DNA of 64,000 nucleotides, taken from the NCBI GenBank assembly GCA_012295275.1, contig CM022669.1, positions 6,448,001-6,512,000 on the forward strand, read 5' to 3'. The notes beneath the pieces are model-generated. The model was not told where the DNA came from, did not search any database, and was given only the letters and a program-made list of their open reading frames with translations. The DNA comes from Chrysomallon squamiferum. Taxonomy: Eukaryota > Animalia > Mollusca. Both the position numbers and the translations under genes were made by a program. Positions 1 through 15,073 of the stretch are shown in pieces. Position 1 is the stretch's first letter, and every line of letters begins with the position of its first letter.

Positions 1-142
1 ATAGGCTCAAACTATATTTTTATACACACTGATACGATAATTTAAATTTATTTTAATACTCAGTGATTAAATAAGCTGATATTATTTTAAAACGATAGCC
101 TGATACATATTTTGATACGACAGGCTGAAATTCACTCTCTCT

Positions 143-222
<80 letters not shown>

Positions 223-1332
223 CTGTCTGTGTCTGGGTGGGTGGGTGGGTGGGTGTGTGGGTGGGTGGGTAGCTAGGTGGGTGGGTCTCCGCACTAAATA
301 AAAGGGAAGGGTCGCTCTCTATCAAGAGGTGACCAGATACGACCGCGGGGGGTAGCTGGAAGGCGATAAAGTGAAAATACCGATATTCCTTGGCATATTA
401 ATAACTGTGGGTCTCGATACTTGCCATATCGGGTGGCAGCAGAAATATCTCAACTGCTTAGAAATGACAATTTGTGGTATTTCATTACCGCACTTAATAT
501 AATAAACGCCGATTTATAAGTATTATTTTTCAAATGACTTTGGTTTCTTTGGTTTTGTTTCTCTGTTATTTTTTTTTTTTTTTATTTTTTTTCCCCAGGT
601 GACATGTTTATGTGTAATATTAATTTTTCTGCATTGTTTTCTTTATTTCTTTATTTTACATTCATTCATTCATTCATGATGATGATGATGATGATTATTA
701 TTATTATTATTATTATATTGTTGTTGTTGTTGTTTGTTTGTTTGTTTTTTGTTATGATTCCTACTACTACCACCACCACCACTACTACTACTACTACTAT
801 TATGATGATGATAAAGATAACGATGATGATGCTGATGATGATCCCGATGATGATGATTATTATTGTTGATGTTGTTGTTTGTTTGTTCGTTTGTTATCAT
901 TCCTACTACTAGCAACACCACCAATACTGCTCTGTTACATCATTATCATTATTACCATATCATCATCACAATTTTCACCATCATCATTAACATCAATAAT
1001 CATCATCATCATCATCATCACCATCACCATCACTATTTACATTCAGTTCGTGTGCTTACTGCTAATTACCTCATCAGTAACGTTAGATCAAGTTTTTTTC
1101 TCTCTCTCGTGCCTGAAAAAAGACTTTGGCTGTAATTCGTCTGTTGTTTTTCACACTTTGGAAAACCAATACACATCTCATCTCCACCTCTCACTCGCCC
1201 CAACAGCTTCTCGCTGTTACAGGCAATACCTTGCATAGCGTAATCGTTATCAAATCCGATTATCGAAACCCGGTAAACATCATCGAAGATCCGATTCTTC
1301 GTTTTATTTCGGGAGTTTCCGTAATGACTGTT

Positions 1333-1666
1333 AGTAGTAGTAGTGTTAACAGAAATAGCAGTAGTAGCAGTAGTAATGGTAGTAGTAGTAGTAGTAGTGA
1401 TAGTAGTAGTAGTAGTACTAGTGATAGTAGTAGCAGTAGTAGTAGTGGCAGTAGTAGTAGTGATAGTAGTAGTAACAGTAGTAGTATCACTAGTATTAAT
1501 AACAGGAGTAGTAGTAGTAGTAGTAGTAGTAAAAGCAGCAACAGTAGTAGCAGTAGCAGCAGCTGTACCAATGCTACTAGTAGTGTAAATGATGCTAACA
1601 GCAGTAGCAGCAGTATAATAGTAGTAGTAGTAATAGTAGTAGTAGTAATAGTAGCAGTAATAGCAG
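1333..1666. repeat. (AGT/AGC)n compound microsatellite
   Basis: direct reading. Confidence 0.95.
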
Positions 1667-2837
1667 TAAGATTAGAACTAGCATTGTCTAAGTGAAACAG
1701 TGGTATTACTGTTGACTGTGGTAGTAAATAATATCGACTCAGTGAATCGTCAGTAGAACGTGAAATAACAAAACCCGAGTTGCTGTTCGCTGTTCCCTTT
1801 ATGGAATGTTATTTTCCGACCCACTTACGCTTCAAATTGTGGATAAAATGAAAGTGTTCCCACGTGAGAAACAATAGAGTTTATGACGTCAATTAGTATC
1901 GATGTTCTTTTTCTTATTACTTTCATCAGACGAGTTGATAGACTTCGTTCTACGTCTAAGTACGTTAGTACTTTAGATTTCTAAATGGAAATAACGTGTG
2001 TGTATATATATATATATATATATACTGTAAAAAAATACGTATGTATGTGTATGGGTGTTTGTATGTGTGTATGTATATCGATACACACACACACACACAC
2101 ATACACACACATACCTACACACACATACACACACACACACATACACATGCATACATACATATACATACACTTACATACATACAGACACACACACATTTTA
2201 TGTCGTGTGTATATATGTGTGTGTGCGTGCGTGTGTGTAAGTGTGTGTGAGTGTATATTTATATGTGAATATACATATGTAGGATTCAGACAAACATGTA
2301 ACTACGTATTTATACAGGTATGTCTGTCTACTACGTGTCTGTCTGTCTGTCTGTTCTGTATATCTCTATCTACGCATCCGCAGTTTAAAAACCACAATGG
2401 CTGAAGACGCAGTTTGGAAGGGACCCGGGTTTTCTCGAAACTAATTCCTTCTAGCAGCCAAAACGAAACGGTAGATTTCTTCCAGAAACCGCGCCAGTTT
2501 GTTTAACTAGGACGACCTTCGCTAGACTGCTCTCCGCTTTCCCTTCCACCGCGTGTTTATACAGATGGGGAGAACGGAAGCCCCGTGTATAGAGTTACCG
2601 TTCGTTTGGTGAAAGGCACATTTCTTTAGGATCCCGTTCTCGCTTGCCGCACACCGGCTGTGCGATATCTTCCGTGCCACAGATTGAAGAAACAGCTGTT
2701 CCGTACAGTCAGGCGCGTTTTAATGTGCACCGCTCAGTTTATGTATGTGTGTACGTAAGTGTGTGTGAGTATGCATGTTTGTGTCTGGATGTATATATGT
2801 GTGTGGATGTGTTGGTATGTATTTTTATATCTATGTA

Positions 2838-2839
<2 letters not shown>

Positions 2840-2911
<72 letters not shown>

Positions 2912-3085
2912 TGTATGTATGTATGTATGTATATATATATATATATGTATGTATCTATGTGTATATATATGTATGTATGTATATATATATATATGTATAT
3001 ATGTATATATATATGTACGTACGTACGTACGTATGTATGTATGTATGCATTTATGTATGTATATGTATGAATTTGTATGTATGTA
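2840..3085. repeat. (TA)n/(TATG)n compound microsatellite
   Basis: direct reading. Confidence 0.95.
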
Positions 3086-3940
3086 TCATTATATTAACTT
3101 TATTAAATATGAAAATTTAGTTTTATATAATGATGCAGTTATATGAATCATAACAGCAAGATGGTTAATGTTTCGTCATCAGCTACAGGATTACGTAAAC
3201 ATCACATTTCTGTAGATTTCACTGGATCTTTAAAGTTATCTTTAACAAAGGAAAACATCTCAGGATACGTGAAATTATACAACACAGATTTTTATCGTTT
3301 TATTCTGGTTGCCAAGTTGGCTTACTCGTTTGCTTGGTTGACAGGTTAGATTGGTGTTAGTTGGTTGGTTTGTTAGTTGTTTGATATCTGTTTCAATTGT
3401 TGATTAAGAAGCTAGCTGGCTAAACGATTTTAACTTGTCAGGGTAAATTGATTCAACTGTTAATAGGTTAATTGCATGAAAGCGCTGATTTTGTAGGCCT
3501 TTCATTTTTGTTCCTCGTTAAAAAACAGGGTACGTAGATAATAGTAATTTTGTACAACTATGCTTGGAATTGGCAACATCACTTACGCGAGACTTTAAAG
3601 ATATAAAATTATGCTGTGGAAGTAAAACGAAAAAAGAAAGAAAAAAAAAAAACAAGAGAAAGAAAAAAGAAAACTGCAGAGTTTGCAAAATACACAGAAA
3701 ACTTATGTTTCAACCATCTGGAATGTAATAAATGAAAAACACACGTGAAAGTAAACAAGTTCTCTGATTTTCCACAGAAAATATTGCAGGAGATAGAGAG
3801 ATTATTTAAAACATTATTTCAATAGTGCATCTCTTTCTTTGGGGTAGAACGTAATCCTACGATCTGGTCTCATCGCTGTACCAACCACGCTGTTTTTCAA
3901 CGGCCCAGTTCACGAAACGCTGTGTATCAGCGGTTGAGGT

Positions 3941-4023
3941 ATGTAATTATGTGTCTATATGTAATTATGTGTCTATATGTAATTATGTGTCTATATACAA
4001 TTATTTGTCTATATGTAATTATG
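3941..4023. repeat. 18-bp minisatellite (ATGTAATTATGTGTCTAT) x about 4.5
   Basis: direct tandem copies visible. Confidence 0.9.
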
Positions 4024-4217
4024 TTACTGCTAGTAACTGTTATACTTAATGCACTTTCATTTTCTAAACGAATTAGAAATCCTTAAGTAAATTTTTATTT
4101 GTTTAATTAATAGCAGAGGTTATTCAAGAATGTGTTGCATTCCAGTTAAAATATGTATTCAGAGAGTGAGACACATGTACAGACTGACGGAGAGAAGCTC
4201 ACACACGCGCACGCGTA

Positions 4218-4308
<91 letters not shown>

Positions 4309-4811
4309 CGGGTAATTCGGGTCGCACTGTACAGCTCTAAGTTTCCTTTCTTGTTACTGGAGAAATTAACACTCACACCTTGCCAACATGGAATATTATC
4401 TACTCGCTGTCAATCAACAGATCACGCCCTGCCAATTTTTCACCGTCCAGACATAAATACAAATCATCTTGAGAGATGATGGAATCTGTTGATCCGTTCT
4501 CCCGTGTGTCTGTCAGTAAACAGTAGAAAATATATTCCAAGAATGTCCTTAATGTATCTGCATTCTCATCCATTAGATACATGTGCATACATCTATATCC
4601 CCATATATATATATATATATATATATGTTTCGTCATAGATAGATAGATATAGATACAGATATATATAGATATATAAAACTACACACTTTTATCATACATA
4701 TATTTTTTATACATATATATACATACATACATATATACATGTATATACATACATACATGCATACATACATACTGAAAGGATACATCTTACTGTTACATAT
4801 ATGGATGGATG

Positions 4812-4838
4812 GACAGACAGACAGACAGACAGACAGAC

Positions 4839-4913
<75 letters not shown>
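4812..4913. repeat. (GACA)n(GATA)n microsatellite
   Basis: direct reading. Confidence 0.95.
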
Positions 4914-4916
<3 letters not shown>

Positions 4917-5649
4917 CAGTAGCATATATACTCTATGTATTTAATTTTACAACTATAGTATCAGAACGAACAGAGGATGGTAAATGTTTCAAGGTAAAAC
5001 AGTCCTGTGAGTATAGCGTAAGACAGCCAGACAAACATTGTGTAGTCTTGGATACAGTGCATTCTTTTTTCTCTTTTTTTCCAGCACGGCGAGGCATTAT
5101 GGTGTCTGTGTGTATGTATGTGTTGTGTGTCTGTGTCTGTGTGTGTGTGTGTGTGTGTGTGTCTGTATGTGTGCATAGATAGTAAGATAAATAGATAGAT
5201 AGATAGATAGATAGATACTGGTGTCATCTTAAACTAGTACAGACATGAGACGAAACAAAATGATTTTTGCACATTAACTACGTTCTGTGATTCTATATAC
5301 ACTAGATGTTAGCAGAGATTCCCGAATGAATGAATCAATCAATGGATGGATGGATGTATGACGTGGATGGATGGATGTATGAATGGATGGATGAATGGAT
5401 GAATGCATGGATGGATGGGTGAAAATATATGTCAGAACATTTTAAAATGTAGTGGTACAAATAAATTGGTTAGATTAGATAAAAGTATTTATTACTTATC
5501 ACCAGTTATTACTATTTGAGGCAAACCAATGTTATGTTAAAAGAACATGGTATGTACTGTTCTGTATGCGCATTATGTTTTTATGAAGAATTTCATGCTG
5601 CTGAGAGATCAGTTTAACAGGATTTTTGTCAAGAGTGCATGTCAGAAAT

Positions 5650-5950
5650 CACTGGTGTTTATATAAATTTCATAAATATACTTCAGTTATGTATTTAAAC
5701 AAATTTTTGACGACCAACAGATGATTTTTATATAAATTTCATATACATATTTTAGTGGTGCATTCAAAGAAATGTTTCACATGTAACAGACGATGATATA
5801 AATTTAATAAATGTTCATCAGTGATGTATTTAAACAAATACTGGACAAGCAATGGACAATCATATAAATTCTATAAATGTATTTAAACAAATGTTTCACA
5901 TCCAGTAGAGACGATAATATAAATTTCATAAAATGTTATTATTTTAACAA
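5650..5950. repeat. Degenerate tandem repeat, about 60-70 bp units
   Basis: recurring ATATAAATTTCATA and TGTATTTAAACAAAT blocks. Confidence 0.6.
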
Positions 5951-6022
5951 TATTTGACTTATGATAGAAAATTTATCAACGTGTTCTATATATACCCGTT
6001 AAAAAATATATATATATATATA

Positions 6023-6062
<40 letters not shown>

Positions 6063-6088
6063 TAAAATTCTTTTTCCACTCACGTTAT

Positions 6089-6125
<37 letters not shown>

Positions 6126-6939
6126 ACACGTCATTACGATTCTTTTCTGGATCTATAAGTGTTTTCCATTGTGTTCAGTTTGTATTTTTTTCTAGCCAAA
6201 GTTTGAAACACAACACAGAAACCAGTCCATATGGTCAAAACATCGCGATCAAAGCGTAAAACTACATCTGGCAAAATGTTCCCCAGCACTATTTTGGCAA
6301 AGTCTTCGTTCCTCGCAAACAAGCAATTAATCATAAACCTTCGTGCATCCCGTGATCAAAAGAAACACGCACGTGCAAAGCACATCATCATTGCTTTGTG
6401 ACTGCGGCATGTGTTTGTTACATCATCATCAACATTGCTATCGCGGATGCACAAATACTTTAACGAAAGTCATTCGTGCTGTAATTAACAGACAGTTATT
6501 TTAAGAAGCACTGGTTATAAAAAAAATAAATAAATAAAATTTAAAAAAGAAAAAAAATTAAATAAATAAATATATAAATAAATAAAATAAAAAAATTAAA
6601 TAAATAAATAACTATAAATAAATTTAAAAAATACAATTAAATAAATAAATATGAAAAATACAATTAAATAATAAAATAAATAAATAAATAAAATGTAATA
6701 AATGAATTTAAAAAATAAAAAATCAAAATAAAATAAAATAAAATAAAATAAAATAAAATAAATAAATAAACAAATAAATACAATTAAATGAATAAAATAT
6801 CGCTTTTTTTTTTTTTTTTTTTTTAAATTCACTATTATTAATTCATTAAAGTTCACTGAAAGGATTCGAACCTGAAAATGAGCATTTGAACAAATTTCAA
6901 GATAACAGTATAGTGTTCCCATATAAACAATAATTAGGT

Positions 6940-7200
6940 GTGACACAGTCACGTGTTTACTATTGGGCTGGACAAAGCCAGTGTCACGAGACCTGTCAAG
7001 GTCAAAGGTTACATACTTAGCGATATGACGAGGCGGTTAAATTGAAAGTATATGTTGAACAAATCATGTAATAACTTAGTCCATTATAAATCATATCTCA
7101 TTCGAGGTACATTATATTTAAAACCTGTTTATAGTTGACATAGTTAGTCCACGTGCAAGTAATAATTAGCATTCGTTTGACCTCCATCTGACCTTAGCAG
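6940..7200. promoter_or_regulatory. Candidate enhancer: E-box/Fox GTCACGTGTTTAC, nuclear-receptor DR1 AGGTCAaAGGTTA, second CACGTG
   Basis: motifs at 6948-6960, 6999-7011 and 7150-7155 in a CpG-retaining island. Confidence 0.5.
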
Positions 7201-7710
7201 CCCAGACGATCGACTAAGATTTAATGCCAGTGGAATATTTGTTGAACATTTTTTTTCTTTTTTAAAGTTTTATCGTTATATATAAAAAAATATATATATA
7301 TTAAAAAATGAATGTGGCATATACCATTAAAGAATTTCAGCAAACAAAAAGCTTTATTTTTATTGAAGTATCGTAAATCAAAATAAAAATAAAGAAAAAA
7401 TAAAACGCTACTGAATTCTAAACGCAGATTCATCTGGTTTAGCTTAGCCTGTTTATTCTTGCCTCGTTTTGAAAGGAAATCGTATCCAAATTATGCACGA
7501 AGTTTATGTTTGAGTTTTTATTATGTACATTCTGTGAACAAAATTCTTCCAGAAATTAAGAAGCACCGCAATTAAGTAATACGCTCTACCCTCCATAGAT
7601 GTTTCTAAAAATTTCATTAAAAAATTATAATAATAATTTTTTTAAAAAAATAAATAAATAAAATAAATAAAATAACAAAAAAGAAAAAACGCTTCGTAAA
7701 TTCAAACATA

Positions 7711-7741
<31 letters not shown>

Positions 7742-8076
7742 TTAAATGAAGAGCAATAACAAATAAATAAAAATTCAAGCATTCTTCAATGCAACAGCAC
7801 CAGGGCTGGGAATTTATTGCAGTTTTGTCCCCGTTTTCTATGGTTTTGTGGCTTTGCCTAATAGCTTTATTATTGCCTTTTTTATCTTCTTTAATCTCAG
7901 TTAACATATAAAATAGTTTGTTTTTTTTCAATCTATTTTATAAGATATATTCACCAACTTTTCTTTAAGAAAAAAGAAAAATCAAATAATACAAATTCTG
8001 CATCTGTCACTGATATTTTAGCCATTATTTCAAACACCAGATCAACACACGCCTGTGATCTGTTAGCTGGAACTCG

Positions 8077-8173
<97 letters not shown>

Positions 8174-9017
8174 TAATTAGCTCTCAATGGTGATATCTCT
8201 TCCTGACATTTTGGCTGTTCAAATCACCGAGTTTTAAAAAATGATATTCAAAAATACAATGAATAGGAGATATTGCCACAAGATACATTAAAAATGTAAA
8301 TAAATTATATTAATTCTGGTCAATTTACTACCCCCACTCACTTTTCCTTTTAACACCGGAAAAAAAGATATATATAAATATATCACCTTTGTTACCTAAA
8401 CCTTCCAACTAATTTCGTTTTGTTCACGTGAAATGGCTGTTATTACGTTTCGCATAGAAATTCAGTTCAACTTTTTGATCAGTCACAGGATAGAGAGTCA
8501 CTTTTCGGTCTAATGTATGTGTACGTAAATTGAAGTGCATTATCGTCACTGATAAGATCGACTGGGGTAAAAAAGGTAGATAGTTATTGCCTTCAAGACA
8601 ACAATACACTATTTCTTTATCTACATTGATTTTACGACAGCAAAATCGGTAGCGCGAGACCATGTGACTGTCGGAGACACGGCAAAACAACTGTATCTTT
8701 AAAACGAGGCGTCAAAAGCCTCGACACTGCAGTTTTGTCCAATTCGATTTTACCAGTAATAGGATTTGCCTCCGTTTATTCGAGGTGATGTTAAGTTCTT
8801 TATTGAATGACAGGAGCGGAATATCAAAAGACCCGCCCAAATGTATTTGATTCCGTTCACCTGTGACAATTCTAACAACGGAGACGAGGCCTCAATTTGA
8901 TGCATCAGACGTGAATGGTGGAATGGGGCAAACCTAATTTAATTTGATATGATTCTTTTTTTTTTATTATTCTATAATTTTTATAATTTTTTTTTTTATC
9001 TCTTATTTTATTATCTC

Positions 9018-9049
<32 letters not shown>

Positions 9050-9195
9050 TTTTTCTGCATTAAAAAGTTCATAAAAATCACTTGATATTTTTAATACAGA
9101 AATGATTTAATAAATTTTTAATGATAGCTCAACATAATATGAACGGTTAACATGTGTCAAACAGTTGTGTGTGTGTATGTGTGTGTGTGTGTGTA

Positions 9196-9230
<35 letters not shown>

Positions 9231-9546
9231 TATCAACTCACGTTATAACGCTCATCTTTATGATATATAAATTATTTACATATATGAGATTGAAGATTCC
9301 TTATCCGAAATCCGAAACTGTTTTCAAACAGCAAAGATAATCAGATCTGATACATGTAGCTTCCACATGGTCTGGCGTGCACAAATTTTATTTCAAGAAT
9401 AAAAGTTTAACTTAGATATTATTCTCAGACTGTCTCCTTATATTCCAAAATGTGAAGCACTTTCTTTCCCAAGCATTTGGAATAAAGATCCTCAGCCTAT
9501 AATGAAAATTCAACTTCTCGTTGAACGCTGTACAATAACACTTTAG

Positions 9547-9664
<118 letters not shown>

Positions 9665-10135
9665 GCGATACAGTTTCAATGTAGTTTACAACATTCCTGA
9701 AAAACCCCATCACAAACTGTATTAAGTTGTCGTCAACTAATTTCTTGTATTGTATTTAAGACGGTATAGAATCTGCTTGTATTTTTTTCTCTCTCCACTC
9801 TTTCTCAAACAGGGGACCAGTAATTCCCAATTTCTGATCGCTCATGCGTATTCATACCGTCATTGTTGACGAGGTTTCCAGAAGCAGCTGACCGTGAAAC
9901 AAACACACAAACACAATGACGTCGTGGTAGCAGGCTTGAGGGTTTTTCTGTGCTAGCGAAAATTAATTTTTGAATCGAGCACTGCGTTCGTTTGTGTTGG
10001 CTTCGAAACACTCTGGGTAAATAAAGATGTTTTCTTTACGACTGTTCGTGGCTGTGCATAACTTGCTAGGACAATGGACTTTCATTCTGTACTTTTGTAT
10101 TCTCCATATACACAGGAGACAGGGAAATGAAATTA

Positions 10136-10177
<42 letters not shown>

Positions 10178-10211
10178 AGCTGCTAGTTACTTTAACGGGC
10201 CATGTGGTAGG

Positions 10212-10340
10212 TCTAGGTTATTTTGATAATTTCACTTCAGTGGCGGATTCCGGTGATTTGATTTAGAGGTGTTAGGTTATTTTGATAATTTCATACATAC
10301 AGTGGCGGAATCAGGGGTGATTTGATATAGACCGGTGTTC
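10212..10340. repeat. Local ~60-bp duplication containing CAGTGGCGGA(T/A)TC, a possible MITE terminus
   Basis: TAGGTTATTTTGATAATTTCA...CAGTGGCGGA...GGTGATTTGAT occurs twice. Confidence 0.6.
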
Positions 10341-10356
10341 CGCCTACCTCTTCATA

Positions 10357-10409
10357 ATACATACATACATACGTACATACATACATACATACATACATAC
10401 ATACATACA

Positions 10410-10443
<34 letters not shown>

Positions 10444-10540
10444 CATACATACATACATACATACATACGTACATACATACATACATACATACATACATAC
10501 ATACATACATACATACATACATACATACATACATACATAC
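10357..10540. repeat. (TACA)n microsatellite; others at 24340-24440 and 25011-25100
   Basis: direct reading. Confidence 0.95.
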
Positions 10541-11432
10541 GTACGCACGTACATATATCATTTTTTAAATAATGTTGTTGACTGTGGTTAGTCCTATCGA
10601 TTCTCATTTACTGGACATGAATTTTATTCATCTTGGTTCATCGCTTACAGAAGAGTAACAGAAATAATTTTAAACGGACGTGCAGACAATGTTGTAACTA
10701 CCAGTAATATAATATTAAGAAAGAAAAGTCTAGTTACAAAATTAATCCTGCGCTATCCCGACGAATGAAGAAAAATATCAAAACGAGACTGTATAATCAA
10801 CATGAAGTCTTTTTACGTGAAAAATCTCTGTCTTGAAACAGATGAAAAAAAAAAAAAAAGTGCACTGAAGATTTCAGTAAAGACTGCTTATCGACCCAGA
10901 TAAAGTTTGTGTTGGGCCAATTTCTCCAATATGAAGACAATTTTCAAGTTTCACATTTCCATATCAAATGCGATAGCGCCGTATTAAGCCGACGTTAGAC
11001 TGCAGACGTCACGTCATATTGGCGCCACCTCTCGCGCGCTTCTTTGTAAACTTTCCTCTCTCACGAAGAATTTAAAATGCTTCGTTTAATTTCGTTCAAA
11101 AGACCGCGGCTCGGTTATCGCTAGGACGGACCGCACCAAGACAACTCGTCCATGTGTATCAAAGTAGTGACACGTCACGCAATCGCAAAACAATTTGATA
11201 GGACCCCTCTGTGTCACGGGTTTCGATCGGCAGTTTTCGGAAAGAAGCGAAGTGTGACGGAATTTCAAGATTCGACAAGGCTCGTGCGTTTTCGTTTTCT
11301 TTACAAAACAAGATGAAAAATCTTATTTTTAATGTAATCATTTTTTTTTTTTTTATTTTTTCATTTATTCAAATTTTATTATTATTATTATTTTTTTTTG
11401 AAAGTTATATACTTTTTATTGAAAGTTATATA

Positions 11433-11468
<36 letters not shown>

Positions 11469-11919
11469 ATATTGTTGTTATTGATGTTGTTGTTTTGTTG
11501 TCGTTGTCGTCATCGTCGTCGTTGTTGTTGTTTTGTGTTCTCGTTCTTCATCAGTTTTTGTTACTATTGTGGTTTTCCTATTATTTTTATTTATTAATTT
11601 TTACATTATTGTTCCTTTATCTCTTTTCGTTCACTTTTTAATATCATTATCATTTTTCTTTTTTTAACTATTATTATTATTATTATTATTATCATTATTT
11701 TATTATTTTTTATTATATTATTATATTTTTATTTTTTTTATCATTTTATTATTTTTTTTATTTTTATTTTTTTTTTTTTATTTTTTTTTTTCAGTTATTA
11801 TTATTCTTTTACTTTTTATTATTTTTTTATTTATTTTATATTATATATATTATTGCATTATATACCCTTCATCCTTTGCATCTCTTATCTATTAAAACCT
11901 CGCAACAACTTTAAAACAT

Positions 11920-11960
<41 letters not shown>

Positions 11961-12549
11961 TGTTTAAAAATACCTCTGTCGCATTACATGCTATCTAAAC
12001 TTTAACACCGGTTTAATAAAAAAATAAAAAAAAAAACACCAAAAAACTCGGCAATGTTAAAAGCTCGCCAATTTTCGTTTAACTAAGCTGTGTTTTTCAC
12101 AAAGATAATTAATGTTCCGTCAAAGGGTCAAGAGCGGTTCAGTTATGTAGATGACATAGCATTTTGTATGTAACACGATCCGCAACCGAGACCGTGAATC
12201 AGGCCGAACCTTAATAGCCCCTTCACACGCAACGGTTGGTACATCTGATCGTTAAGACGAAGATCATAATAATCCGGATTATAATTAATGGAGATTTAGC
12301 AGGATTAAATAACACTGGACGTAGTACTACAACCTTTTGCGTTATATATGGTGTATGTATGTATATAGTCTGTACAATTTTTTTTTTTTTTTAAACAGGA
12401 GTAATATCTTTGTTATCACTGATAAGTGTAAATAAAGTTATTTATTAACTGTTAATGTTGATAGTACTGTTACTGTTACTAAGAGAACTACGATTAATAT
12501 CACTATTGTTGGTTATAATTACTACAGATACTACTATTACTAATACTGT

Positions 12550-12595
<46 letters not shown>

Positions 12596-12691
12596 AAAAA
12601 ACAATAACTGACACCACTAAGACTTCTGTTGTTTGTACTAATACTACTACTACAGTTACTACTACTATTACTGTTACTGTATCTCGTATAC

Positions 12692-12727
<36 letters not shown>

Positions 12728-13539
12728 ATATATAGGTAGTATAATATTAAATGTAATCGAGTGTATGTGTATCTATTTATCTGCATTATTCACGTATCTG
12801 TTTGTCTATTTTTATGTTAAGTGTATAACCAGTCTACCTATGTATTATTTTATTTTATTTTAATATTATTTTTAAAACGCAATTATCTGTCTATTTTATT
12901 TTATTATATTATTTTATCATGTTTTTTGGCGGCTTTTTTACCTTAAAATTTATTTATTCATCTATCTGTTTATTTTATTTTATTTCCCTGCTGCAAGATT
13001 ACATCCGCTTATCATTTTTATCTACACTGCCATAACGACTTGCTTCCTGTGGGCAGCCGCGTTTTAGCGGATAACAAGTTGAGTTTGGCACTCGCTGTTA
13101 GCATCCATCTTGCAACTTTACCGAAATTTCTTCTGATCATTTTCACCTGTTGCTCGTAGGGCCATACACCCCTCGGACACCGAATGGAATCGTCGAGAAG
13201 ATAGCCTGAGTCCCAATCCTTGCATACAGTGAAACGTAGACGGCACTTTGTCAACGGGTGGGTGCGAAAAGAAGCAGTTAAAGTAATAGGTTGATGAGAT
13301 CGCTGATAACGGTAACACGGCGATAACGGTAACACAACCGTAACGGTAATACAGGCCTGGAAAATAATTGCATGTCGGAAAGGAGGGAGGGAGGGAGGGA
13401 AGGAGGGAGGGGGGGAAAGACCTGTAATAAAGTGCATGTGCGAACGATAGCAGCCGTGGAAAAAGTAGACGACTTAGCTTCCGCATAACATCGTAAATAG
13501 TTAACAAGATAACTCGATACAGAAGAATAGAGGCAAGAA

Positions 13540-13760
13540 AGAAAGAAAGAGCAGATTATTTATTTAATGACACAGTCAACACGTTTCTAATTAAATATGA
13601 CGTCATATATTTAGTTAATAATTATACAGATAAGTATAGAAATTAGCTGCCACCACGTCATACGTAAGTAACCTTGTCTGCCAGCAGCAAATAATCTTTT
13701 AATCTGCAACTTTCCCATAGACTGGAGAGAACACAGATTTGCCTTTAATAAACAAATCAG
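13540..13760 (-). mobile_element. Degenerate SINE remnant (3' half)
   Basis: (GAAA)n tail, then TTATTTAATGACACAGTCAACAC...AGCAGCAAATAATCTTTTA...CCCATAGACTGG...GCCTTT. This matches, from memory only, the reverse complement of an abundant gastropod tRNA-derived SINE. Confidence 0.45.
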
Positions 13761-14113
13761 ACATGACGAGGCCCTAAGCTAAGGAAAACCTTAGGGACCT
13801 ACTGGACAAGCTGAAACAGAAAATGACACGAACCATTTATTATTACAGAACAATTACAGAATTACACAACAGAAAACTATAAAAGTGAGGAACGAGACAC
13901 AGTGGTTTAAATATTTGCCTTTGGCTTCAGGGTTACCACGATCAATCCTGCTTAGTGCGTATTTTTGCCCGTTTCCCTTTCCAGATTGTGTTCTGGGGTG
14001 TGTTTTTTTTTGTTTTGTTTTTTTGATATTGTTATTATTGTTGTTGTTTATTTATTAATAAAAAATTTTAGTTATTAATTTTTGGTGAATTTTTAATTAT
14101 AATATTTATTTTA

Positions 14114-14157
<44 letters not shown>

Positions 14158-14984
14158 TATATAAGTAAAATAAATATGTATATACCTTTATCAAACAGAT
14201 ATAATATACACATAATAAGATATAATATCATTAAAAATATTGTGGTGTCTTTAAACAAAATTTAATATTCGTTAATAGTCTCTGTGTTAATAAGTTCTCA
14301 AGGCAAGACATCTTTTTTCCTGTTCTACATCAATTCACGCTTTTAACGCGGTGAGCATCTTGATTTAATGACGTCACATATTACCTGGCCTAAAAAAAAA
14401 AAAGAAAGAAGCATACTGTTTTCCAGTGAACTAATTTAGTTATCAAGCGTAGCTGTCAGTCGGCGGAGCAGACGATAATTGGGAAGGGATCGCTGTTATT
14501 TGTCGTTGTCTTTATACCATTAGCAATTACGAAATACTCCACTGCCTAGCAGCCATATGTTTTCTGTTCCTGCCTCGCTTTGACACGTGTTCCTGTTAAT
14601 TCGGTTAACCTGTCATTCCTCTGTCCACTCGGTGGCGCCACTGTCACTCGCACAATGGGAGACAACCCCGAGGAAATTGAATGAAAACGTTGGCATTTTA
14701 TGCTACTCGATGGAAACGGAAATTAAGTTTTTATGTTTTCTTTTGTTGTGATCATTTGACAATTATATTCTGGAAAAGATGAAGAATATATTTTAAAATT
14801 ATCACTTTTTTTTTTTTTTTTTTATTACTGTTATTATTCTCGATGATATACTATTATTAATTCAGTTCAGTAAACTATAGGTACTTATATAGACATTCTT
14901 GTTATAGCACTAGTCCCTTCAGAATGCTTGGTAATGTCTTTGAAATCACAGAATTTGAATTATCATTCTCTCTCTTATTATTAT

Positions 14985-15073
<89 letters not shown>

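Noticed and set aside
13018-13507. Two overlapping 129-139 aa minus-strand ORFs in a GC-richer island
   Set aside because: No recognisable motif; includes a (CCTC)n tract; more simply explained as regulatory DNA
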